This document shows, one piece after another, positions 1 to 13,132 of a DNA stretch of 64,000 bases. Below the pieces are notes generated by a model. The model ran no database searches and was not told where the DNA came from. It worked only from the letters and a program-made list of their open reading frames with translations. Source of the DNA: Octopus bimaculoides (lineage: Eukaryota); contig NC_068982.1 in NCBI RefSeq assembly GCF_001194135.2, forward strand, positions 169,620,318-169,684,317, written 5' to 3'. The number at the start of each line of letters is the position of its first letter. The first letter of the stretch is position 1. Position numbers and translations under genes: made by a program.

Positions 1-175
1 TCTATCTGTCTGTCTGCTTGTCTACCAGCTTGACTGTCTGTATGCCTGTCTGCTTCTGTCTCTGTCGGTCTTTCTGTCTGTCTTTGTCTCTGTCAGTCTT
101 TCTGTCTGTCTGTCTGTCTGTCTGTCTCTGTCTGTCTCCTCCTCTCTCTCTCCCCTGCTCTCTCTCTTTCCATCT
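1..175. repeat. (TCTG)n/(TC)n compound microsatellite
   Basis: Degenerate tctg and tc runs are directly visible and explain the low-complexity ORFs 18..215 and 22..222. Confidence 0.95.
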
Positions 176-836
176 CGTATTTGTTTATATATTTCCGATA
201 ACACCTTTACTATAACCTTCACTGTTTGTTTTATTGTAGTTCATATGATGAACCAGAATAAAAAAAATATCATTTCTCATCTTTATACATTTGCAGTTGT
301 GTGTTTAAGGTTATTAATGCTAAAATGTACACACACATACAAACATACGCCCCCCCACACATATTGACAGGGAAGAAATAATTTATACAATCACCTGTGT
401 TAGAAGCAAGTTTTTCAATATGATTTTTTTCCTGTATATCCCCAAACATCTTTATGCTGATTTAAAAAAAAAAAATGAAAAATAAAAAACAGACATCAGA
501 GATTCTGAGTTTGCAATGTTTATAATATAAAAGCAATTTTTTTTTTCTAAATTATAAACTAGTGAACGAAATATATATTATACAATGCAAAATAATACAC
601 ATACGTTTTAAATGCAGACGAAATTTATATACAAAATAAAATATATTCATATGTAATTATCATATAAAAAATATATAGACTTTGAATGCGNNNNNNNNNN
701 NNNNNNNNNNNNNNNNNNNNNNNNNNNNNNNNNNNNNNNNNNNNNNNNNNNNNNNNNNNNNNNNNNNNNNNNNNNNNNNNNNNNNNNNNNNNNNNNNNNN
801 NNNNNNNNNNNNNNNNNNNNNNNNNACGCACGCACG

Positions 837-888
<52 letters not shown>

Positions 889-1252
889 ATACCTATCACA
901 CAGAGAAAACACACCCCAAGGCAAACATTGGGCTAAGAATTTGAGGGAGGGAGGATCTGAAAATAATAGGCAGTTAGACGAGATCGATTTCATCCTTCCC
1001 ACCCCTAGACCTTAATCTGAACGCAAGCTCAAGTTACGGGGTGGTCAGCTGACTAGAGCGGGGGCGGTGTCTGAAATCGCCACACCAGCATAATTTGCTA
1101 TACGCTTTAGAATCTACCTAAATGACCACTGCTATTTCTAGCATGATATATGAACACAGAGGATGGACTACTGTAGAATTTGCTTAAAAAAGAGAGATTA
1201 AGCCTGCGATGAAATAATGGTTTCAAATCTATGAGCACATGGTCAGCAGTTT

Positions 1253-1662
1253 TAAAGGGAAAAGGAAGTCGATTACATCGACCCCAGTACTGGACTGGTA
1301 TTTGTTTTATCGATCACGAAAGGCAAAGTCGACCTCGGTGGTATTTAAGCTCTGGACGTGAAGACGGACGAAATGCCGCTAATCATTTTGTCCAACGTGC
1401 TAAAGATATTCTGTCAGTTCGCAGCCTTACTGTGATAAAATAATCCTTTCTACTATGGACACAAGGCCTGAAATTGGGGGAGGTGATAATCGATTACATC
1501 GACTCCAGTACACAACTGGTACTTAGTTTATCGACCCTGAAAGGATGAACGGTAAAATCGACTTCGGCTGCATTTGAACTCAGAACGTAAAGACGGATGA
1601 AATGCCGCTAAGCATTTTGTCCGGCGCAGTAACGATTCTACAAGCTCGCAGCCTTACTGCAA
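1253..1662 (-). mobile_element. Head-to-tail pair of tRNA-head SINEs (family A)
   Basis: Two copies (about 1253-1430 and 1441-1662). On the minus strand: A-box-like head, B-box-like gagttcaaat, core gtcgactttgcctttcatcctttcggggtcgataaa..aagtaccagt and tail tagtagaaaggattatt. The same core recurs more than 10 times in the window. Confidence 0.9.
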
Positions 1663-2287
1663 TACAATAATGAAAGAAATATTTACTGAACGAGTGAATA
1701 CTATTTAACAAATAAAGGATTTAAAGGAAAAATAGACGTACCATCGAAAAATTACACAAATTGGGGAACAAATTTATAAATATTATTTATCGATGAGGAG
1801 AAAACCGCCTGGTCTTTATGCCAGGAGCAATAATGATAATAATTTCTTATATTGGCACAAAGTCAAACCATCAGACTGGAGAGGTGAACAACTGATGAAA
1901 TCAATCCAGTCATTACAAGACTGATATTTATTTTTGTCTTATTTTATTATTACGTCCGCCTTAGCGAAGGCGGACGTATTGTTATCAGTCGTGGTTATTT
2001 GTTTGTTTGTCCGTGGACAAGATACCACAAGAACCGCTGGATGGATTCTGATAAAACTTTCAGGGTGTTTGGCCTCGTAACTGGCACGAACTGATTAGAT
2101 TTTGGGATCGATCCGGTACCGGACAAGGATTCTGGATTACTTTTCAGTTTTTATTTTTACTTAATTTTTTAGAACGGTCGGCTTCATCTTTAGTATCCTC
2201 ATTTGTGAGAGCAGTCGAGTTTATTTCAGATATTCTCATTTAAAAAATCATCTCCGGCTAATCGTTGAAAGGATATTGGTGTTGCCT

Positions 2288-3897
2288 CAGGTTGTTAGTA
2301 AGTTATTCTACTGGTATTTTTCAGTGTTAAGACGTGTTGAATTTTTGTGCTGAAATTTTGTGTTGTAATTTTGTGTTAGTGTTCGTTTGAACACTTTTGT
2401 GAACTGTTTTTGTTGCTTTGTAGCAGCTTGTTTTGAAATGTACGAGGATTGCAACTCTTCGGAGCAGTCCTCCTCGGAAGACGAACTTGTAAAATGCATT
2501 AAAGAAATGCACAAGAAAATGGAAGAAAAGAAAATTTTTTCAAAAGTTGCAGAGGTACAGAATAAGGAGGTAAATGTAACCAAGTTAAAGAGTTACAAGA
2601 AGATGTTGAATAGAAAGGGTGGCGATGTAAAGTTGTCCCCTCCTCAAGGAATCATGAAAGTTAAGAACGGAAAGACAATTATTTACAAAGTTTATTCTAC
2701 AGAAGCGAAGAAAATTGAAATTATGCCAACAAATAAAATAGAAAAGGCTTTGAAACCTATCTATCAAGATAAGACATATCTTGCCAGGTGAAGTAAATTT
2801 GGTACAGTGGAGGTTCGACTCAGAGAGGCGGCCAAGGCAAGACAGTACTCGGCAACTCCGTTAAGAACTGATAGTGTGGTACTTCTACCAACATACCTAG
2901 GAAGGCGAGCTTCTAGGGTTAGAGTAGAAGGGATTCCACCCGAAATTGATGTGGCCTGGGTGGCGGCTGCTGTTCTTCTCGGCAACGAGGATGAAATAGC
3001 AGTCCTCCAGGCCACTATGACTGAGAATATAAATTGGAGAGGACAAACGTTAGATATGATAATTCAGGGATCACAAGAAAGCTTGGAAAACATGACAAAA
3101 ACTGTAACAATTGAAGACACAGTGCTGAAAGTCAGGGTGGAGTGCAGAATACATCGATGCTTTAAATGTGGCCTAAAGGGTTACATCAGAGCGGACCGCC
3201 GTTCGCCAACCAAGAAGCCCCAGGAGGAATCAAGGGAAGAACCAGTGAGCGCAGAGGAGGATTTAACATCGGAAACAATGAAGGAAGATGGCAAGACATG
3301 GAAGACAGTAGAAAGTAAGAATACAAGGAAAAGGAAGAAGGCAAATCATAAAGATTTGAGCCCCCACCCCACACCCACCCATCCACACCTTCTCAGCCCC
3401 ACCCTCTCCCCACAGACACCAAACCTACCCACTCCTCTCCGACACACACACACACACAAAAAGAAATCACTAGCACACAAGAACCCCCAAACTCCCTCCT
3501 CCCAGATAAAAAAGAAAAAATGTTCAGTGATAATGTACGATGACGCTAATGAAAAATTGTATAATGAGGTAAGATCTTGGAATGATATCTTGGCAGTGGA
3601 AACAAACGGTTTCGATAACATCAAGGGTTGGCATTGTTTTTTATTACTTTCGGAGTAGCAGAGAAAGGGGGTATTGAAGTATACAGGTAGATATAAGAGG
3701 GAACAGGATATAAAAGGAATTAAAGGTATAAATGAAGTTGCTCGGAGGTGGGGCCGAGTGGCTTCATTACATTTTTCATTTTCATCTTGTCATTACATAT
3801 TTTTCATACGTTGTCCTATTTTTCCTCCTATTTTGTGTCCCCACATGTGATGTATTGTTCCCTCTGTGTTCGCCCCTTGGTTGGTAATAAAAAGATT
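2288..3897 (+). mobile_element. ORF1-only non-LTR retroelement (L1/Tx1-like, no ORF2)
   Basis: GT-rich 5' UTR, gag-like ORF, 3' UTR ending in aataaa (3886-3891). Flanked by a diverged 18-bp duplication: aggatattggtgttgcct (2270-2287) versus aggacgttggtcttgact (3898-3915), 14/18 identical. Confidence 0.65.
2438..3658 (+). pseudogene. LINE ORF1 (gag-like) protein, disrupted
   Basis: ORFs 2387..2791 and 2807..3658 are in one frame, separated by a single TGA (2789-2791). Contains RRM-like VRVEGIPPEIDVAW, a degenerate CCHC knuckle CFKCGLKGYIRADR (3158-3199; H>Y and C>R are each one transition) and a basic RKRKK tail. Confidence 0.75.
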
Positions 3898-4304
3898 AGG
3901 ACGTTGGTCTTGACTTAACGGAGGTTTGCGCTTTCTGAGTGCTCTTGTTATTATTATGTTTTTTTTTTCTTTTTTAGTCTGTGTAGTTGAAAAGCAATGC
4001 TGACTTTGGTGTGATTTCCACTCGGAACTTAAGGAACTGAAAAACATTTTGTTCGGTGCTGTACTAATATTGATTACAGCTTAGGTCGCTGAAGAGGCAG
4101 AAATTGTAAAATGCAGGAGTAAATGCGAACGGTATTCTAATTCTATGAAGCAACTACCTGTAATGTACTGAGGTAGCCTGAATCAACTGAACCGTTAAAC
4201 TTCCTCTGTAAATTTGAGACGTTTGTGTTTATGTTATTTGTCAATATTAATTAACATAGTAAGAAATAATTATTTGAAATATTTCAAAAGTAACCGGATA
4301 CCAC

Positions 4305-4389
4305 GTCGACGACGACGACGACCACCACCACGACCACAACCACCACGACCACAACCACCACCACCACCACTACCACCACCACCACCACC

Positions 4390-4449
<60 letters not shown>

Positions 4450-4480
4450 GGTGGTGCTGCTGGTGTTGGTGCTGCTAGTT
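4305..4480. repeat. Compound trinucleotide (CGA)(CCA)(CTA)(GGT) microsatellite
   Basis: Directly visible; source of the poly-P/L/V ORFs. Confidence 0.95.
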
Positions 4481-5307
4481 CTGGCATTAAAATGTCGAAG
4501 AGGAACTCCTTGTGCGCCATCAACAGATTAGCAACTTTATTCGTACAAGCTGAAAATCCATTCAGTGATACAGATATTGATATCAAGATAGATTAAGGCC
4601 ACATATAGATAACTCACTGTGAGAAATCCTATATCACAATATTATCAATAGCAAGTCGAGTTCTTGTATTCTTTTAGTCTTTGAAAGAATGGTTAAATAA
4701 TGTTTTGTAATAGATAAAAAACACCGCCGGAAGCATCGTTGGCGTGATCATTTGATCTACTAGAAACAACAGCTCAATTCCACTTCATGTCTCTCTGTTT
4801 CTTCCGCACAGTCACCCTTTTAGAAAATGATGTTTTGAATACGTCCACGTAAGAAAACAATGGGATGGTCACAGCTGGAGTGTCTTTACTTATAAATTTG
4901 TTCGTTCACGATCGACCTGGGGTTAAACAATAGTAGCAACAGGAACAACCAGAAAACTCGAAAGCTAAATGAAACATGGAATAGACACTTTACTTAGAGA
5001 GAGAGGTAAGATCACATAAGCTAATCCTACCAGTAAAATTACAGTTGTATCAGATATGATAAACACAGGTATAGATATCATAAATATTGAAGTAAAACAA
5101 CTGGAAAACATTGAAATACAAAGAGAAGAGAATATTCAACTTGAATAATACCTTAAGAAGGTATGCTTTTGTATTTATCACCAGAATATTCGGTAAAAAA
5201 CATATGAGGTATCAACGTAGAAGCACACAGATTTTCTTTTAAGGAGCACTAAACGCACTTTTGAGATCTCCTTTTGGAAAGAAGAATGTAAATATAACAT
5301 AAGTAAT

Positions 5308-5465
5308 CGCAGGAAAGGTTGTGTAGTTAAGAGGATTGCTCTGCAAGCCTCGTTGTTTTGGGTTCAATCTCACTGCCGTAGCACTTATTCTGGGAACAAT
5401 TATTTCCCAAGATAGCATTGGGTTGTACAATACGTTGTGGGTGAAATTTGAATGACGGAGTCTGT
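5308..5465 (+). mobile_element. tRNA-head SINE family B, diverged head
   Basis: Similar to 24490-24630 and 58780-58890 (gcagg..gtgtagttaag..gggttcaatctcactgc..ttgtgggtga). Confidence 0.6.
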
Positions 5466-5526
5466 ATCTCTCTCTCCTCCTCTCCTCTCTTACTCTCCTC
5501 ATCCCTCTTTCTTCCCCCATCTCTAT

Positions 5527-5564
<38 letters not shown>

Positions 5565-6959
5565 TTATCAGGTGGATGCAGGGTTGTTTCCATGGAAGCT
5601 CTGTTATGCCCTGGCAATCACCTATGTCACGGACAGCTTGACAAGCTTAAATACACTACNNNNNNNNNNNNNNNNNNNNNNNNNNNNNNNNNNNNNNNNN
5701 NNNNNNNNNNNNNNNNNNNNNNNNNNNNNNNNNNNNNNNNNNNNNNNNNNNNNNNNNNNNNNNNNNNNNNNNNNNNNNNNNNNNNNNNNNNNNNNNNNNN
5801 NNNNNNNNNNNNNNNNNNNNNNNNNNNNNNNNNNNNNNNNNNNNNNNNNNNNNNNNNNNNNNNNNNNNNNNNNNNNNNNNNNNNNNNNNNNNNNNNNNNN
5901 NNNNNNNNNNNNNNNNNTATATAGGGATTACGTGTAGGCTTCCTTGAAAGGTGATGTGCAGCTTGATAATTTCTCTTCCATTTACTAACATTAATATTCT
6001 TTGTCTTCTAAGAAGTTGCAAACCGTCTACTTGATTAGTGGTAATGTCAACTTTCTAGATGTGTCCAGTCTATAAATCACTCGCTAATGTTGAGATGACT
6101 TTCAAACTACAGATCATTTTATAAATCCTATATTTTATATCATCCATCAGCCTATTCCTCGCTTCTGATGTATTAAAATAGTTTTTCTTTCTTTTGTTGT
6201 ATCTTGTGGTAATTGGATATTTTCATTCGCCAATTTAAACGCAACAGACACAGAACAAAGTGAATATGAAGTATCTCAGCAAATGTCACAAGCCCAGTAT
6301 TGTCAATTCCTTTTTACATAAATATCTTAATATTTCATTTTATGATGCACCAATAATTTTAATAACCTGTATGTGATATTTGATAAAAAGTTACTTTATA
6401 ATCAATTTAAAACCGTGGCATTTCCAGAATTTCCATTTTCCGACTATTAACCACATCTCTACTATTTTGTATTTAATTCAACATTTTTATCAATCCCACA
6501 TTCGACTGTGTTTCCACGTCTTATCTACAATTTTCTAAGTGGGGTTTAAACTTAGAACCTTTATTTTTAATAGAGTTTCAACACGATATTCTGTAACGTT
6601 AAACGCCAAAATATAAAAGAAGTTAAGGCAACATAATGACGTTGTTTCTGAATGAAATTATTAAATCATGAGAGAAATGAATCCATAAATTCCATGCGTG
6701 CTTATACTTAGAACGATACACAAACGCTTCCAGAAAGACAATGGCTTATTAGCTGAGTGCAAAAACATAAACGAGTGTTTTAACCACCATCAACTATTTA
6801 CAATGTATTTCAGTTTATTAATCGAAATAATAACCATTAAAATCTACACATTCCCTAACAAGAAACAAGTTAATTTATTCTTGACAAAAAAAAAAAATAA
6901 AAGAAATGGATAAATCTCCTCGAATCATTTAGACTCACAGAGACGGTTTCCAGGATTCC

Positions 6960-7150
6960 GTGGCCTATGTACTCCCCGCCCCTTAGACAAGACGCCGGTC
7001 CATCGCAGGAATACTCATTTTTGCCAGCTGAGTGGACTGGAACAACATGAAATGAAGTTTTTTGCTCAAGAATACAACACATTGCTCACTTCAGGAATCG
7101 AAACCACAATCTTACGATTGTAGTTTCAGTTAGGTTAGATTAGGGTGCAA
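6960..7150 (-). mobile_element. SINE family C (tRNA head plus CORE-like domain)
   Basis: The minus strand reads atcgtaagattgtggtttcgattcc..gtgttgtattcttgagcaa..ttcatttcatgttgttccagtccactcagctg, homologous to 50307-50590. Confidence 0.75.
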
Positions 7151-8200
7151 CAGCCTAACCATTAAACTACACGATAGGATTCCCGACGTGTAAGATCGAT
7201 ACATTTTTAGAAGGCCTTTTGAGGAACTGCTTGGTTGTTGAACACCTTCTTTGCAGGAAGTTATCGCGATACTTGGAAAAAGAGTGTTCGGTTAGAGAGA
7301 CGTCTTGGAAAATAGTTGGGTGAGGTATAGTTTCACCGTCCAGTTCATTCATTCTGTTGGATCATTTGCAAGACATGTGTCTAAGTATTGTTATGGAGAA
7401 GAATTGATCTTTTTCATTTCATGGATACAAACTTTGCAGTTTTTGTATATTATTGTTCTTCTGGCAATACTAAAGAAGCAGAAGTGGATAATTGCTATTG
7501 CCGGCAACCAAACAATTATCATAAACTTATTTTTATGTTGCATTGGTTTAGGAAAATGTTTTAATCCATTTACAGCGCGGAATGCTGTCGGCGGTCGTTT
7601 GAAATCTTTTTTTGTCATAATATATCACGCCATAATGAAAAACAAATTGATCTGTCCGGCTGGGTGAAACAAACGCACAGCAGAATTCGTATTGGTGATT
7701 TTTAAAATTTTCATTCAGCTCGTGCGGCATGTCGTGCACTTCTGACTTCCCAGTGTGGAGAAAATGAAAAGTTGCAGACGAACTAAACAATTGTTGAATG
7801 TTAACGTTTAGTTCTTTTGCAACATCTCACGTTGTTTAGCGTGGATCCGTTTCTGTAATGATTCTTAACTGGTCGTTGTTTATGGCTAAAGATTGTCTAC
7901 GGCCTTCCTCATTTTCAAGACTCTTGTCTCTTCTATTAAATTGTTGGAACCAATGTTAAAATGTATGTTTACTTGGTGACAATCCTCTGGCAAAATGCAT
8001 GTTCGATATTACGTGCAGTTTGCGTTTTATATGTAAAATCGCTCGGTTTTACTTTTTCTCCTATTGTTTCCTCTGTTTGTCAGTCTCAAATAAACAAGAA
8101 CAAAAGTGTCTGCAAAACCATTGACATAAAGCAATAGACGAATTCTACTCTTCAAAATGGCACTTACATAGAAGTTCATTCCGAAATAACCATCGAAGTT
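7150..8200 (-). mobile_element. Mariner transposon remnant (degenerate)
   Basis: Minus-strand fragments: SLENEEGRR (HTH region), HDMPHELNENFKNHQYEFCCA (WVPHEL-like), and ..DVSLTEHSFSKYRDNFLQ.. (resembles YSPDLSPTDYHFFKHLDNFL). Many stops and frameshifts. Confidence 0.75.
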
Positions 8201-9208
8201 TATAACAAGAAACCCTGTAGCTATGTTTGTTCCAACCTAATAGTTTATATATATTTCTATATATATAAATATATAGAAATAGGCTCGCTCCAGAAATTAA
8301 CAACTGTAGAAAAAGAAAAACAAAAAAAACAAAAACAAAAAACAAAACAAATAAAACAAACAAAACAAAACGTAAACATTATTAGAGTATTCTCTGAAAA
8401 GCAATTTGCTAATCCTTGAATATTTGTATGTATGTTTCCCAAATAATACCACATTGTAATATAATAAAAGAAAAGAAAATCTTGAAAGATCTCTCAAAAT
8501 ATAAATATATGAATAAATAAAGATGTAAAAATAATAACGTTAGTAATGATTTTCTACATTGACAAAAGACCAAAGAGATGCAAGGGAGAAGTATAGCTGA
8601 ATGAATCAACCTTGGTCCATGCTAGTACTTATTGTATCAAATACAAGGATGGTAATGATATAATATTAGCATTAATAAAATAGGAGGAGTGGTATGAGAG
8701 GTAAAAGTTACATTAATAACTATAATGATAGTAATAACACAAATAACAATAAGAAAACCCATATTCTTGTGCGCAGCAAAAATAGATCAAAGAAGTAACA
8801 ATTTTAATTGGTTCATTTCGAAGAAATAATTATTTTTTCCCCACCAATTTCTACTCTCTAGTTTGGAATAAGATTCAGGTTTCATGTTGCACAAATTGGA
8901 AATCAAATTCTAACTAAATGTATTTTCGAAAATATCTGCATGTTTCTCTTTCTTTTTCTTTTTCTAAATTTTTATTTCGTTCCGAAAGAATAATGTTATG
9001 CGTAGCAATCATGAACATCATTATCATTGTTGTCGCTGCTTTTACACTCCCTACTCTGCCTTTACCTCCTTTTCCTTGTCTTCCTCTTAGTCCTTGTACT
9101 CCTCATTTTAATCATATAATCACCATCATATAACCATGTAATCATATTAACCACCGTTGTCATATTCACTGCTCAACATAATCATCATCATTGCCTTTAT
9201 CATTATTA

Positions 9209-9302
9209 TTTGTCATCATCAACATTACCAAAAGAATTGTGGAGTAGAAATGCCATCTTTGTCATCATCAACATTACCAAAAGAATTGTGGAGTAGAAAT
9301 GC

Positions 9303-9306
<4 letters not shown>
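9209..9306. repeat. Perfect 49-bp tandem duplication
   Basis: tttgtcatcatcaacattaccaaaagaattgtggagtagaaatgccatc occurs twice (9209-9257, 9258-9306). Confidence 0.95.
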
Positions 9307-9334
<28 letters not shown>

Positions 9335-9894
9335 ATCCTTCCGTTTTCCACAACTTCTTCCTCGTCAGTTATGCTTCAATCATTGCCATTTTCATTATTG
9401 GCGTCATCATTATTTTCATTCTACTCTGTAACCAAACACTGTGTCAGTTTATTAATTCTATACACAAATATATATTTAGTCATGCTCCAGATTAATGTTG
9501 GTAGTCGAAAGAACTACAGAGATCACATGTATTTCACAACTGACGTATTGCAATTTCGACCAAATTATTTCTGAACAACTCAGCAGTGATGTATTTATGA
9601 CACAGACACAGACACACACGCACGCACACACACACACACTCTCTCTCACACATACACACGCACAAACACACATATACATATATATGTATATGTATATATA
9701 TGTGTGTATGTATGTATATATAGATATATATATGTGTGTGTATATATATATATATATACCTACATATATACATACATACATATATATGTGTGTATGTATA
9801 TAAATACACATATATATATACACACATACACACACACACACATATATATATACATACGTACACACACACACACACACACATATATATGTATATA

Positions 9895-11617
9895 TACAAT
9901 ATAAAATAGGACCAGTGTTCCAAGGGAATGATTTACTGACAGCGGACCCAGGAAGGATAAGTGAGTTACTCAGTAACCAATCTAAAACTATCTTCACCTG
10001 TACCCTTGGACACATGCACATAAATAATCCGGCTGAATATTGCAGCTCTAAAAAAGGAGTCGACAGCCATCGATTACATCAACATTGAGGAGACAGATGT
10101 AACAGCGGCCATAGATGAAATGATCTCATGCTCCACAACTCATGCTCCACAACTGGTCCTGATGGCTTCCCAGCTATTCTCCTGAAGTCACATAAGCAGG
10201 CTTTATCGAAACCACTTCAGATACTTATCCAAAGTATCCTTGCAAGTGGTAAATTTCCTAAAAAAAGCTGAAATTGTATTGTATGCTCTATCTACAAAGA
10301 GACCAAAAACTATAGGCAATCTCTCTGAATACACATGTCAGTGAAGTCATGGAGCGAATCATCAGAAAGAAGATAACGTTCATAGAATAAAATGACTTAC
10401 TGAAGAGTACACAGCATGGCTTCTGTTCAGTAAGAGGCTGCCTCACACAACGTCTACAGCACTATGACTGGGTTTTGAAACAGTTGCTTAGTCATTCAGA
10501 TGTCAGTGTGATATACCTTAACTTTGCAAATGATAAGGAAGATCGTGGCATGGTATGTCATAAGCTACGAGACCTTGGCATTACTAGTAAACTGGCAGAG
10601 TGGCTACATGACTTCCTTAAAGACAGAAGTCAGGTAGTTGCATCCAATAGTGCATTTTCTAAGGAAACTCAAATCCTAAGTGGCGTCCTCCAGTGAACTG
10701 TTCTGGGTACATTACTGTTCATAATGGCCCTCTTAATCATGCCCACAGTCACGTCACTTGGACTATTACTGCACTATCAACTCACAAATGCACTACAACC
10801 TGCATATACAGAAGCCGAAGGCACTACAATCCCAGAGTCACCGGCAAAGACTTGGGGGCCAGCATGTGCAATGACAAATCCTTTTATATGCACATTACCA
10901 AGATGGCAACAAACTGGCAGGATGGATACTGAGGTCCTTCAAAACATGTTGACCCTGTGGAGGACCTTTGTTCTCCGCCTGGACAACTGCTTCCAGTTAT
11001 GGTCACCGCATAGAGCCAAACTAACAGAGGAGCTTGACGCAGTCCAACGCTACTACACTAAACAGATTGAAACAGTGCAACAGATGAGCTATAGGGATAG
11101 GCTGAGAAAACTAGAACTTTACTCCCTGGAGAGAAAGCGTAAGAGATATGCAATAATCTACATATGGAAAATTCTAGAAGGGCTAGTACATAATTTCGGA
11201 ATTGAATATTATACAATTGCCAGAACTGGCCGCCATTGTATTGTACCAAAGGTACCATCCACTCCATCTAAATTCAGGACCAGGTACTGCAATAGCCTAG
11301 GGTTCAAAGGTTCACAGCTCTTCAATGCTCTACCACAAAAATTAAGAAATCTGCATAAGGTGAAAATATTAAGAGATGTCTTCAAAAAGGAACTAGACAT
11401 CCTCCTCTCTACAATATAGGATGAACCAACGGCCCGACATAAGGTGCAGACGTGGGCAGCGGAATCAAACTCCCTTACACACCAAATAGGTCAACAGCTG
11501 GGACTAATGTCCATACAAGAGTGGTAATGAGAAACACCCCAGACAGACGAAATCAGAAAGACCACGGTTGTGCTCCAGCATGACCGCAGTAGCATGGCTG
11601 AAACGAATAAAAGAATA
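9895..11617 (+). mobile_element. CR1-group LINE, 5'-truncated ORF2 (RT) plus 3' UTR, inactivated
   Basis: Recognisable motifs: GPDGFPAILLK, QHGF, VIYLNFA, HKLRDLGI..WLHDFLKDRSQ, SGV(L)Q, LDNCFQLWSP, LERKRKRYAIIYIWKILEG, NSLGFKGSQLFNALP. It ends with aataaaagaata followed by (TACA)n. Confidence 0.9.
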
Positions 11618-11659
11618 TACATACATACATACATACATACCGAGTATAACTAGCCGAAA

Positions 11660-12420
11660 TAATATCAACCCGAGTACTTGATTGGTACTTTACTTGATTG
11701 GTACTTTACTTTATCGAACTCTGTATGACCATGGCGTGATTTTAACTGAGAACATAAAGGGCAGAAACAATCTATCGTAAAACCTTGTCTGTAATAATCC
11801 TTTCTACTAAAGGCACAAGGCCTGAATTTTTGGGGGAAGGGGCTAGTCAAATAGACAGGCCCCAGTGCGTAACTGGTACTTATTTTACCGACCCCGAAAG
11901 GATGAAAGGCAAAGTCAACCTCAGCGGAATTTGAACTCAGAACGTAAGGACAGGCGAAATACCAGTAAGCATTTTTCCCGGCACACTAACGATTCTACCA
12001 GTTAATTTACTATAGTCGACCTAGTAATATTGCTAACATTGACTCTATGCCATAGATTTTAAGAGAGACGGGAGGGTTAAAGTTAATTATATCGACTGAG
12101 GTTTCTGATCGACACTTTACTTTAATCGACCCCCTCTGGCGGAAGGATAAAAGATCGGAATCATCTGGGTGGAATTTAAACTCAGAATCTAAAGAGACAT
12201 AACTGAACATCGCAAGGTATTTTCTCCAACATATACTGATACTACCAACCCACTGGCTTTTAATATACATCATTAACATTGGTTTCAAATTTTGGCCGAA
12301 GGCCAGCCATTTCGGGACCTTAGGCAACCAGTGCTCAACTGGTACTTATTTTATGGACCCCCGAGGATAAAAGGAAAAGTCGACTTCAGCGGAATTTGAA
12401 CTCAGAACGTAAAGCCCGCC
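11660..12420 (-). mobile_element. Cluster of family A SINEs (fragment near 11660, full 11793-12003, diverged 12085-12250, truncated 12272-12415)
   Basis: Repeated core gaaaggatgaaaggcaaagtcaacctcagcggaatttgaactcagaacgtaa; includes a 17-bp local duplication at about 11678-11710. Confidence 0.85.
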
Positions 12421-13132
12421 GTCTTGATATATATCATTAATATAATTGCCAAAAAAAAAAAAAGTTTAATATAAAGTAAGTTTATAAAATATAACAATTT
12501 AAATTATTTCACTATCTATACAGACGAAATATGGCTAACGAGAAATTAATGAACCCTGGACATGATAGCGTTCCACCCGCCACACACACACACACACACA
12601 CATACACACACGCTATTAAAATTACAAGAATGAGAGTGAAGTAAAATATCAAGAGAAAAGACGAAACGAAAGAACATATTTACTTCATGCATTCATGTAC
12701 GAACACACTGAAACATTTTTCATTTAAGCTGCCATTTCTACTGCTAATCTTTAATGCGCATCTACTATATTATGAAACACTTAAGTATGGAATGAAATCG
12801 AAGACATAATCCATTATGTACACAACATTCAAATATATTGTTTAGAAGACCATTGACTGATAAACTATGAAACGAAATCGAAGACATAATTTATTGTAGA
12901 TACATTTATATTATTATATTATTCGTAAGAGAAGAGACTGATAAATAAATATTTTAAATTAGATCTGATAATCCCCTGCTCATTGGAACAACGAATGTAT
13001 TTCGTTCACTGAGACTGTGGATTCAAGTTCAGCTAAATTCTTTTTCTCTGATGTATAAATAAGGATGTAGTCCAGTACACAAAGATTTGTTTGAGTTTTA
13101 CCAGCGTGGTCGTAACGTAGCAAAATAATATT

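Larger units (their letters stand above)
1946..3952 (+). mobile_element. Non-autonomous Helentron/DINE-1-like element split by a nested insertion (5' part 1946-2287, 3' end 3898-3952)
   Basis: Perfect 12-bp hairpin tacgtccgcctt-agcg-aaggcggacgta (1951-1978), then (tttg)n and a gatccggtaccgga core. The 3' terminus cggaggtttgcgctttctgagtgctcttgttatt resembles the ends of this element class. The class assignment rests on recalled architecture. Confidence 0.7.
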
